Part shown: positions 37,481-48,700 of the stretch, piece by piece
How positions within the stretch are numbered: the first letter of the stretch is position 1
Layout: each line of letters opens with the position of its first letter
Origin: Raillietiella orientalis
Taxonomy: Eukaryota
Length of the DNA stretch: 64,000 nt
Assembly (NCBI GenBank): GCA_036172245.1
Contig: JAYWIR010000003.1
Span: forward strand, 2,108,001-2,172,000
Direction: 5' to 3'
The notes under the pieces: generated by a model
The model's database searches: none
Told to the model about the DNA's origin: nothing
The model's input: the letters and a program-made list of their open reading frames with translations, nothing else
Program-made: the position numbers and the translations under genes

Positions 37481-40400
37481 GTTGTCTTACGGAATAGAGG
37501 GTGTTTCTCTTTGGCGAGTGTTATGGGTAGGGAGGTCTCTGAAGTCAAAGGAATGACTGAACATCTGAATGAGTTCCTCATTCCTCAAAGATTCCAATTG
37601 ATGTCTTGCAAACATTCGCGTCTTTGATGTGATTCGTGACTGTGATTTGTTGATTGTCCTTTTATCAGTGTTTCGTTTTCACAACGCTTGAGTTTTCATG
37701 GAGGAGATATTTCCCATGGTGAACCCAAGACTTTAGCCAGAGAGATCATCTATCTCCCTGAGGAGGAAACTAGCTGTATCTTTTGTATTCTTCCAGTCTA
37801 ATAAATTTAAATATAAATTTTCTACGTTAAAAATAGATTAACGCTTGGAGTTTTGAGAAAATTTTGACATGTCTAGTCAGGTATTGAAATGCTGTGGATA
37901 ATCTGAGATATAAGGGAAGATGCCCTGATTTTTGCCCATCAACGGACTTACTGGATGCAAACTCACGCTTCTAATTCAGAGATAAAATTCAGAGATAGCC
38001 AAGGAAATGGAGATGTAATTCTATTTGGGAATCGGCTGCGCTAGAGGCGTTCAAGACTGACTAAGATTTTCCTTGGCTGGAGCGGGTTGAAAGGTCGGTG
38101 TTGATAAACCCAAGTTAGGGCGACACTGCTCACCCTGCCCACTCACACTCGATCTCGACAAATTTTTATCATACACGGTATTTGGAAATTTAGAAGCGAA
38201 GTTGTTCCCTTTCTGGAAATTTCCTTCTGCTTTCTGGTTTTGTTTTTGCTTTTCGTCTTTAATATCAATTATTGATTCAAGACATGAGTAGAGGGTGGGC
38301 AAAACAACACACGAAGTATTTACTCTATCAAGACGCAAGTAATTGATTGTAACGATATTGCTCTCAGGTGTGCAAAACGTTATTTGTAAATAATTAGCGT
38401 GGCTGCGCTGAAAGCAGCTGCACAGATGCGGAATTCGGTGATCTCAATTCTGCTGAAGCGACCTCGGTTTCAGTAATTCGGCGATGCAAAACACGAAAAA
38501 GATGAGGGAAATGTTCATCGCCGTTGCACACTTTCCTCGCTGCCTGTTTTTCTACTCGCGTGCCTGGCTGCTCGGAAACGTGATCGCTTTCGCTTGAAAG
38601 TGTTCCGTGTGCCGTCCAGAACAAGGCAGGTTGGTGTTCCCGTTCAAAGGAGCGAGAGGGAAAGCGAGTTCGTTCAGCAAAAGGCAAAGGGAGCTTGCGT
38701 CTCGAGGAACTCAATCAGGGGTCCTTTCTCAGTGCTTTTCCGATCAGCATCTCTTTGATCTTTGATTATTTTATTAGGGGTTCAGACCGCAAAGACGAAG
38801 TACCCTCATTTCTTGTGCCTTTGCGGCAACCATAGCATTGTTTATCGGCCACATCAAGTAGACCGAAGAACCGAAGAAGATTTCATTTGTATGAGTTGTT
38901 TTATTGAGATGAACGCAAAGAATGCCAATTGGGAGCAGAAATTCAGGTCCTTAAAATGGCAATCGAAGTGCATTCTTACTACTCACCAGGCACTTCCGCC
39001 TTTGTTTTGTTTTCTGACCGGTAACAGATGGCAAGGCATAGCATAGGCAATCTTTTCCTTGCGTGGGAAAATGGAACCATTAGCCGTTTAGTCTGAGCAG
39101 CTTCATCATCCAAAAGCGTCCTTTTGCACCACAAAACGCTTTCCCTCTCCTCCATTAGGAAATTCCGTGCTGATCTTAAAATAGAGTTCACGATTTTGCT
39201 GCTCGTGCTGAGGTCTGGCTTCCGAAGGTAACTTGACGGCTTGCAGCTCAAGAGATCTGCACCTCTGCGTTGCGGAAGGCTTTCCACCTCATGATACAAC
39301 TATGGTTCAATGCGATTCTCGTTACTTATCCCTGCTCTCCTTAATGTTCCATGGAAACCGAGACGAATTTATCAGTCCCTCAGAAGCCGAGGCTTCAGGG
39401 ATGCGGAAAACACGGAAGAATTTCTTTCTCTCGTTAGCGCATGTGTCATTTTTCTGGAGTGCGTTGCGTAAACGAGTGCTCGTTCAAAACAGGAAATCAA
39501 TAAAAAAAAAAAAAAAACAGAAAAAAAAGAACGATTGTGTGGTTTCTGTGAGCATCTGCTTTTGTCTCTCCTCCAGCTTTCATCTTTGGACCGAAATGTC
39601 GAAATGCGCAAGCAGTAGGGCACTCTCGAGCTACTGCTCGAAATTATTTACTGATTTATGAGGTGTACGTGCGAACACCTGCAATGCATTACCTCCGATG
39701 CAGGTTTCACATGACCGGAGGAGTCAAACACGTTGCAGCACAATAATTAGGACCTATGCAGACGTGACCTACTTACTGCAGCGTATGTTCGGTCCGATTC
39801 CACCAACTTCTTTTCCAAAAAAGGCGGCAGGCATCGGCTTTTCCTTTTGGAGGGAATGACCACCCTCTGCACTCTTTGCTGATTCCCTCACCTCTTGGCG
39901 GAATTCGGTTGGTTTCCGCGGTGGCATTCGAACCACCGGGAAGCGCTGTTGGTGAACCGAGGGGACGCTACCGAAGTTGGAGCTTGGAGCAGCATTCGAT
40001 TCCTACGGCCGTGCTGCTGCTGACTTGCCAGCACTGCTCGCTTCGCGGGAGGAAGGAGTGAGGTGGGGGATCGTTGCAGTGAGATGGGCCAAATGGATAT
40101 GGGAAGCGTCCACCTAAGATCAGTGCCAATCGCGTCCCCTAACGGAAACAGGGCCGGCCTTCGGTTTCGGACGCCACCCAAAGTCCCGAGATGGCCACGC
40201 CTTCTCATCGAAGACCAAGAGAAAAAAAAGAACTAGCGGTGAACTGCAGCCAAATCGCCACAAGGCACTGAGAACGCGTGCCTCGCCATCTCCCGCGATG
40301 GCACGGAAGGCACCCCACCCTTCTGAACTGATTCAGGGAGAGAGGTGCATTCGCAAGCCACCAGAGAGAAGACACGAGACAAGGGCATGTCGGTTTCGAG

Positions 40401-40738
40401 ACCTCTTCCTCCTTCGTGCATCCCAGACTCCCCGTTTCGGGCAAAGCGGTCCGCGTCTCCCGATCCTAGACTGAATGTTGGGGGTCAGTCTGCTCGCTGG
40501 TCCGAAACGTGGTCGCGTGCATGCGCGTTCATTCCACAACGCAATCGCGAGGAAGCTTTCTTCGGCGAGCTTCCAGGGTCGCGCACGCACGGGTTGCTGT
40601 TCCCAGTGCGTGTTTCCCCGGGAGCGTCCGACCGGGTTGGGTGCAGGACTGACGATCGAGGGAATGCGAGAGGACGAACCATCCGCGGGTTGCCACGGGA
40701 ACAGGCGGTGTTTTAAAAAATGCTCTTCATTCTTGCAG

Positions 40739-41211
40739 GCAATGGAACGTACCAGCCTGGAATCGAGCAGAAAAGGCAAAGGACTGCCTACACGCGGCAC
40801 CAGATTCTGGAGCTGGAAAAAGAGTTCCACTTTAACCGCTACTTGACCAGGAGGAGGCGCATCGAGATCGCTCACTCCCTGTGTTTGTCGGAACGCCAGA
40901 TCAAGATCTGGTTCCAGAACAGGAGGATGAAGTGGAAGAAGGATAACAAGCTGCCCAACACGAAGAACGTGAGGCGCAAGAACGCCAACCCCACCGGTGG
41001 CTCGCACCCCCCGACGAGCAACTCCGCAGGCAACAGGGGAGGAGGCGCCGGCTCCGGCGGCATCATGAACCCCCAGAACCAGCACCCGGCACCCCTTGCC
41101 CAGCTCAACAACGCCGCGGGTCTCAACACAACCCTGCTCGGCCACCAGGGATGTGGGGCTCACATCATGGCGCCTCCGGTCAAGAGCGACTACGGGTTGA
41201 CGGCTCTGTAG
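40739..41211 (+). CDS. Dfd: Deformed/Hox4, coding exon 2 (homeodomain and C-terminus)
   Basis: The acceptor TTCATTCTTGCAG ends at 40738 and the phase-1 join (G+GC=Gly) gives ...[86 protein letters not shown]...[13 protein letters not shown] is at 41209-41211. Spliced CDS is 736+473=1209 nt, 402 aa. Confidence 0.98.
40768..40947 (+). other. Dfd: Homeobox (60-aa Hox paralogy group 4 homeodomain)
   Basis: [10 protein letters not shown]...[13 protein letters not shown] followed by the Hox4-diagnostic KLPNTK. Not interrupted by an intron. Confidence 0.98.
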
Positions 41212-41685
41212 AAGGAGTGGAGCCACGGATTCCCAGCTTGCGGTGGAGCCCAGCCCCGACGAAGCAGCCCGAATTCTTCATGTTTGTGATGCTTGTGGTT
41301 CCCCAGCCCTTGATTTGTGTACCCGCAATTTTCCGCTCCCGCCCATGGATGAGGATGCAAGATGGCGCTCCACCCCCTTTTTTTATTTTTTCCTTGGATG
41401 TCCGCAAAGATGCGCCGGATCGGAAAGGATCGCCGGATCAACGAAGAAAGGAGAAGAAGATAGAGAGGAAGAGATCAGAGTCCCTTGGGTGAGAAGCCAA
41501 GGTTCTGGAGTGCGGAAAGTCCGGCAGAAAGAGATCGGCTGTTACGCGACACTCGTGAAGAGGAAAGCGAAAAGCCCGAGAGAGAGAGGGAAAAAAAAAA
41601 AAAAAAAAGAAAGACACACACACACACGAGAAAACCGTGTACCGGGGTCGAATGGGGTGTCGCTCTTGTTTCCACGGAGATATGC

Positions 41686-41691
41686 AATAAA
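41686..41691 (+). terminator. Candidate polyadenylation signal of Dfd
   Basis: The first AATAAA I found after the stop codon (~475 nt downstream), followed by T-rich TTTTAT. Confidence 0.45.
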
Positions 41692-44255
41692 TTTTATATC
41701 CATCGAAGACGCCTTCGTCCTTGCTCAAGCAAAATCTCTACGCGGGTCCCCACAAGGGCGAGATGCCGCCTGTCTGCTGCCGCCGGGAACCCAGCGGACC
41801 GTTCCGGGAGGAGCAAATGCCCGTGACGCGCGAGGGAGGTGTCCCGAGGCGCCGCGGAACTTTCCCTGCTTGGCGTTAGCGTTGGCGGCTCCCCGATGCA
41901 CCGCGACGGAGGGCGTCCAGAGCCACCGACTGCTCCTCGAGAGGAGAGATCGATCGCGACCGGAAGCGCAGAGGCGGGCGCGCCAGTGACTCGCGGGAAG
42001 GCGCCGCCGTCGCTTCCCTTCCGCCGCGTGCGCGCCGATAAGATGGGACGCGCGATCTCCGGATGCTGTGGAAGCGCGGCGGCTCCGGCCCCTACGCAGA
42101 CAAAGGAGGGGCCAGGGAGGGCACGGGATTTAGGGGTCTCCGCGGGTGGGCCGTTCCCGATCCAGCCCTCCCGCTTGGAGAGGGCTGTGCCCCTTCCGCC
42201 TGGGTGCCCTTCCCGGTTGCCGCCGCCTTCCGGGCATTCGGCGGGTGCAGAGGCGGAGGACCCGAAGACGGCGAGGCGTGACGATGGCTTGTGACGCCTC
42301 CGGAGGCCTTCCTCTTGCGGAAGCGCCACCACTGCGCTCGTGGCGGGAGAACGGCTCGAGGAGAGCAGCTTCTCAGAAGCTCCCGTCCTTCCTTTCGGCT
42401 GAGGAAGCGGGTCCCAAGGGAACGGACCGCTGGCGGTCCCCGGTGGCGAGGGGGAAACGAGGAATGGGGGTGCGGCTATCCTAGGAAGAAAGAGCTAAGG
42501 GAACGCAGACAAGTCCCGCTTTCTCCCAGAAGGGACGGAGGAAAGTTCCCGCCGTTCCGCGCTGGGAGACGCTCTTCCCTCTCCGTCCGATGGGCAGGAA
42601 CGTCCCCTCCCTCGGGAGGCTCCGGAGAACGGGACGATACAGAGCAGGTATTTCCCGAAATTCGCGTAGTGCACTCCCGTGCGAAGGCATGGCGGGGGAA
42701 GGAGGTGAAAGAAGAGGAGGGAGGAGGAAAAAAAAAGGGGAGCCCCATCCAGACTGGTCGAGAGCGAGACGAAAGCTCGTGGGAACTCCCGAAAGGCGCA
42801 TTCTGGGGCATCCTTTGCGGGGATGAGGAAGGAATGTCCCCGGGAGGTGCAGGATGGCGAAGGATGAAGGGTTCGGAAGGCTTGTCGGGTGCCAACGAGT
42901 GCTCCAGCAACGACCATCAGAGGAGAGCGCTGAGCCCTCGCTCCTTTGGAGACCCCTCTTTCTTTTGGAAAGGAGGAGAACGAGGAAAAGGAATGGAGCT
43001 ACTATTCCTCCTCCTCCCCCCCACCGTCCCTTTGATCCATGCCTTTAGCCACTCTTCAAACCCATAGAGCCATGTTCTCCTTCCTCTTTCCTCGTCTTCC
43101 TCCTGCTCCTCCTCCCTTCCCTTTACCCACACCCTCGTCCACATCTTCATAATCATAGTTCTCTACTTTTCTTTCTCATCTTCCCCATTCCTCCCCTCAT
43201 TCCAATCCTCCTCCTCCTTCCTGCTCCTGGATTCCTGCCATGCACTGAGGTTTCCCTGGGGATGAGGCCTCCGCGGCACAGCTCCTTCCGGGAGACCGTC
43301 GCCTTCCGCCCCTTGCTTCGCGCCCGCTGATATTGCGCCGGTCCAGCTCCTTCTCGTGCAACTTCCTGCATCTTTTTCTCTCCTCCTCCCCCATTCTTCG
43401 CCCCCTGTGTTCTTCCAACATTCATCCTCTTCCCCTTTGCTTCGCCTCCCTTCCTTCTCTCCAGTATCCCACGGGACCGTCCTCCGAAGGCATTTCGCGA
43501 CGAAGAAGAAAACCAGAACCCCCCTCTGGGAGGAGTTCGGAGGAGGGGGGTCGGAACGCGCCTCTCCACCTGGACCTCGTTTTGTCGGAGAGGGAAGAAG
43601 AGGGTCAGAGCTGGTTCCCACCCTTCGATGGCTGCCCGGCGTGTGGGGGTTGTGCCATGGCTTCCCATCCCCTCTTCGCCTCTCCCTGGGACTGTGGACG
43701 GGAAGTAGAGAGATCCCCCCTTTGCCTTCATGACCACACCTGCTTCACAAGGGGAGAACAGCTGAGGGGTGAACGGCTGCGGAGCCCCCATCCGGTGCGG
43801 AGGGGTCGAAGGAGCCAGGGAGGAAGAGGGGGAGGGTAAGACTCGGGACCTGTCGCCTCTCTCCCGGCCTCTTCAGGCGAGTGGGCGTCACGCCCGAGGC
43901 TGCGGACCACCAGCGGAGGTCTCGACCTGCTCCGCGACGTGAGCGGGGCGGGAGAGAGACGACAGGATGATCCAGGAGGGCTCCAGGCGGTCTTCCTCCT
44001 CGCCACTCCCTCCCCCAGCTAGCGGCGAGCCAGGGCAGAGGGATGGATGGAGGAGGGGTTTCAATAGAAAACTACGGGTTGTGGTGGGGCTAGCGAGGTC
44101 CAGCTCTCCTCCGCGGCGGAAGAGGGAAAGGGGGGGAGGAAGGGACGCGCGCACGCACTCTCGCACGCACGCTCGCTGGCTCGCACGCACGCCATTGTCA
44201 ACCGGGCGTGCGGATCCCTCGTGCGTTACCTCCTCCCACCGTGGCGCCCGCCGCC

Positions 44256-44319
44256 ATTGGCTGCCTGTCAGTGCGCCGCGCCAGGAATGATTGATGACGG
44301 CCTCCCGCGTGATTTATGG
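44256..44319. promoter_or_regulatory. Candidate Hox/Exd/Hth composite element 3 kb downstream of Dfd
   Basis: ATTGG 44256, CTGTCA 44265-44270, TGATTGATGA 44288-44297 and TGATTTATGG 44310-44319 lie within 64 bp of otherwise very GC-rich DNA. Confidence 0.55.
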
Positions 44320-45399
44320 TTCCCCGCGCGCCTCTCCCCTCCCGCACCGTGGAGCCGCCGCTGGCGGGACGCGCCGGCGGCGGCGGCCTTTCCCGGGGCT
44401 CTCTGCGCCGGCGGGGGCAGTGGAAAGGAGCAAACCCGCGTCCCTCGGGACCGCAGAGCGCGCGGAGGGAGCCTTGGGGGGCAGAGAGAGCAGGGGAACA
44501 TGCCGACGAGTCTTCCCCATCCAACGGTCGCCATGGTAACCAGAAGTCCGCTTTCAAGGGGCTTGGAGGGTGAAGAGGAGCGTCGGCGGCTGTAGATCGC
44601 CCCCAAGGCGGTGTGCCCTCCAAACACTGAGGGTTCTCTCGCGGGCAGTCGCCCGTCCTCCCGTTGCGGTTTCGCAAGGATGAAAACGCGCGCGCGCGCG
44701 CGTCAGGTGCCCTGCGCCGCCGTCTCGCCCAGCTGCTCCTGTTGCTGCGCACGCGCGTATCGGAGCTCCTGTGGGGCAACAGCCCTTTCCCTCCCGTACC
44801 AGGATCCAGGAAAAACGAGGGAGGCAGAAAAACGAAACGGTCGCGGCGCCGAGCTCCAGCGAGAGAGAGGGGTCGGCGTCGCGCCAAACGGGAGCGGGAG
44901 GAAGCGACAAGAACGTGCCTCCTCTCCCCTCCTTCCTCCCTTTCTCCCTCCCGTTCCCATCTTTCCCCCTTCCACCCTTCGCTCCTTTCTCCCCTTCTCT
45001 TCGTCTCCCTTCCTCCTCGTCCTGTTCGTTGCCAACGAAAACGGAAGGCGCACGGAAATCCCGACAGGGCAAGGCAGCGTTCCAGAAGCGTCCATTCGAA
45101 CGAGCGCCCGTGCCCGCTGAGTTGAGCAGGGGCGCTGGGGGAACGGATCCTCCTCCCAGTCCGGTTCCCTGGTTTCCAAACTCTCTCTAGCCAGGATATT
45201 CACGGTAGGGAGTTTAGAGGGCACATGAATTCCCGGCGGCCATGGAACGAAATGCTCTCCGAAATGCTCAGGGCTCCGTTCCGAGACACGGAAATGCCTT
45301 CAGTTCAACTCCTGGTCTCCAGGCCATCCCTCCCCTTCCATCGATTGCGCGGATCAATTCATTCCGATGGTGGAGGTGGAGAAGCGTTCAGCGATCCTC

Positions 45400-45740
45400 C
45401 GTCTTCATCTCCTGCACATCTCCTGCTCCTCCTCCACCTCGCCTACTATTAGTCTTTTCTCTCCACCACTTCCTTCAAATTCCGCACCATTCCCATCTCC
45501 TCCGTGCGCCACTTGCACTACATTCTCTTCGTCTGCATCTATCATCTGCATCACATTCTGCACCTGCTCTTCGTCACCTTCCACCATTAGTCCTTTCCTT
45601 CCTCCTCCTCCGCCATCACCTTCTCCACCTTCTCCATTTCCTCTTCCCTGACCACCACCTCCACTACATCCTCTTCGTTCTCATCCATCTCCTGTTCGTC
45701 CTTCTCCACCATTAGTCCTTTCCCTCCTCCTCCTTCATCT
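45400..45740 (+). repeat. Degenerate C/T-rich tandem repeat, ~130-bp period, ~3 copies
   Basis: ACYATTAGTC recurs near 45445, 45583 and 45708. CACTACATYCTCTTCGT recurs near 45517 and 45662. Confidence 0.7.
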
Positions 45741-48700
45741 ATCGTTTCTTCCGCCCGTTGGCGACGGAAGGAGGTGGCCCATCGTAGCCAGAGGCGGCGG
45801 CTGCGCGTTCGGGAAATCTCAGAGAGCGAGCAGCAGAACCTAGCATCTTACGAATCCCTGCCGCTCCCTTCTCCACAGCTCGCTTCATGGGTTAGCAGAC
45901 GCCTTGTTGACTCCCGTCCCTACCCCCTTCCGCTGCTCTTTCCCTCTGATCCACTTTGCCAGCCTTATGACCACGCGAGCCTGGGAACTCGCCTCTTCCC
46001 TCCTCTTTCCCAGAATGTTCCTCGCAATTTGCCGGCGACGCGGAATTGATCCCCCTGCCATTCGCCTGCAGCCTCCCTCTCCAGCCTCGGGCGAAACACG
46101 GGGTGCGGCTTGCGGGAGAAAGCGGCGCTCTGGGTCGTGGGTTCGACCGGAGTAAATCCTGGCGGCGTTTCTGCGAGGGGGTGCATCTATCTCAGACCAG
46201 CCTGAGAGTCGCAGCGCTTGGAGGGGGCGCTCACCCGAAGGGGCCTTAGGAGCCCCGAGCCTGCCACTCACCGCGCAGTGGGGAGGTCACCACCGCCGCT
46301 GCCGCCTCCTTTCATCCATACCAGGCCGCAGCAAACGGGGGAAGCTGTTTGGAGTTCTTCCTGCCGGGGACACTTAGACTTCCAGCACCTCACTGCCCCT
46401 TCCGCGCTCGTCATTGGATGTGGACCTACCTTTCCGCGGAAACGCCGCTGTCTCTTCCGAGAGGTTCCTCCCATGAAGAAATTTTTTCTTCGCGCCCGCC
46501 GGATGCAAGCATCCGCCCCTCTTTTGAGGAAGTCCAACTGGCACCCCTGACGTGTCCACCTTCTTTGCCACGGCTCGCATCCTCCGAGTTCCGGCCGAAC
46601 TTTGCTAGCGGGCGTTGCGTGCACTCAGGGCAGCGAACAGAAGACTATTCCTGGCTTCGCATCGGCAGGTCCATATTTTTCGGACGGTGTACCTCGGAAC
46701 ACCATCCTGGACATCATATTTCCCCTCGTGGCAGGGTAAGTAGGGAGCGCTCATCTCAGCGATGGTCTGGAGACGAGACCCAGGGTGATCAGTAACCACG
46801 ATTGTGTGGATTCACGCGGCTTCGACTGACGACATCCAGAGGCAGCGCAGAAGGACATCTGTCTTCGGGCCACGCCAGGGCATATCCATAAAGTGATTTG
46901 CTCCCTCCGAATCGGAAGCTGAGGCGAATGACCACCTCGTTGGGCGTGACGGCCAATCTTCTCTTCGTGGATGCTGTTTGGACCGTCTTTTCTGACACAG
47001 TTGAAGTTTCCTGGGAATTCATGCTTTCAGGGATGTTAAACGCAGAATTCGAGATCCTTTACTCTTCTCTCGATTCCTGGTTCCTTCCTTCTCCTTTTCT
47101 CTGGTTCCATGGGCGTCGCATTAATTTGCCGTCGCCCGGAAACCAAGCAAGCGGCTGCCTTGCGAGATGCTGTTCGTGGTCGTTTGCCCTCATCATGAGA
47201 CTTTCCCACATTTCCACGGGTCTTTGAGACGACAATCATCGTTCTTGTTAGAAACAACAGTCAAGAAATCCTCAAGACCTCAAAGTGAATTCTAAAAACT
47301 GGTATTTGAGCTCGATATATGAGTCTGTTGAAGACCATTCACAAGTCTCATCTTCCCACAAGCTCACTTCTGAACCACTATAACTGTTAAAAAGGAATAA
47401 CTTTGCACCTATTCTTCCACTCCATTCATTTCCACTTCTTTACCCCCCCAAAAAAAGGAAAAAGGAAAAGGCGCAGATGACGATCCTGTGAAAAGACGAT
47501 AGCATCACAGCAGATGCGTGGAATCGAAGATGCATATTTGATAAGAGGAAGAAAGCAAAAGCACAATGCGATGCGAAAACCCAAATAGATGGTGATCCCC
47601 AATAGGTGGTGCTATCCTTGGCTGGAAGACATTCCTGAGAAACGGTCCACACACCAGGAAGATCCAAGCTGGCTGAGAGACATGGTGCATGATGGCGGGA
47701 ATCCATCCGCGCACCGAGTCCTCCCGTTCGGCCCTTTCGGAGCACCACCAGCTCGCAGGAAGTGAGGATTCGCTTCTGTGTTGCAGGGAAAGGTATCTGA
47801 GATTCTCAAAGTGACACACCATTTAGGAACACCAAGGTGTGGCACGCTTCGGTTGATGGACTCTTATGGGAGAGATATGCGGATGGACCTAAAAGAGACC
47901 AGAATTCCTTCTGGAAAAAGGCAAAAATGATTCTAAAGGGAAACAACGATGCCCTCCTCACCTTAGCCTTGATCTTCTGGAACACAAGAATTCAAAGAAG
48001 AGCGAACGTCCACTCGATTCCCAATCCATCTCAGGGAAGGATTGCGCCGGATGCCGCGCTTCCAACTCCTTCGTGGATTCTCGAAAACTCTCAAATCTCA
48101 AAAGGGAGGAAAACAGTAACGCTGGAATTTCCTAGTACTTTCGGTAGACTCGCGTGCACCGACGAGAGCTCCACTGTCCGTAACGGTCAGGAGACATGGA
48201 GATGCTCTCAGTCTAGCTCCTGGCTTCCACGCTACTCCCTCTCCCCTTCCATCTACTACGCGGATCAGTTTATCTCGGTCGGAAGAATATGACGAAGCTC
48301 CCACCTGACCCGCGACCGCCTTCATCTCCTGAGCCCCACCCCCTACAGCACGACTTTCTCCTCTTCAGGACCGATTATTCCTCTTGAACTCTCCAGAGAA
48401 AGAGCGACAAAATTATCGCGGCAGTTGGCGGCGAAACTCTGCCATCAGCAGCTGCGTGGTCGAAGCTGGAATTGGGTCGGCGTTCCAGGTTGAGCACCGG
48501 CTGCGAGCACTCGCACATGCCTTCTCAGGGGTGTGAAAATTCAAAGGATGAAAGAAGCGGGCGCCACTCTGTGTCGAGGATTTGGCATCCTGGGTAAGCA
48601 TGGGAAAGGAGGATGGTGCGGTGACAAAGTTTGCAGCATGCGGCCGTGGAGCCGCCTTGCCGGTTGTCTTTGTCGAGTTCTTCGCTCGCGTTACGTCCGC

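Larger units (their letters stand above)
28756..40738 (+). other. Dfd: Dfd intron (11,983 bp, GT-AG, phase 1) between hexapeptide and homeodomain
   Basis: GTGAGT donor and TTGCAG acceptor. The join keeps the frame and gives an 18-aa YPWM-to-homeodomain linker resembling insect Dfd, so no extra microexon is required. Confidence 0.93.

Noticed and set aside
39917..39990. tRNA-like sequence on the minus strand (GGTGGTTCGAATGCCACC T-arm); similar B-box-like words near 9290 and 46135
   Set aside because: No complete cloverleaf or acceptor stem. At most a decayed tRNA-derived SINE head, and not supportable.
40720..40738. ATG-initiated single-exon homeobox ORF (MLFILAG...)
   Set aside because: These codons are the polypyrimidine tract and AG acceptor of the intron.
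40333..41226. 297-aa antisense ORF over Dfd exon 2 (also 27909-28742 over exon 1)
   Set aside because: Shadow ORFs expected from GC-rich codon usage of the real gene on the opposite strand. No independent protein features.
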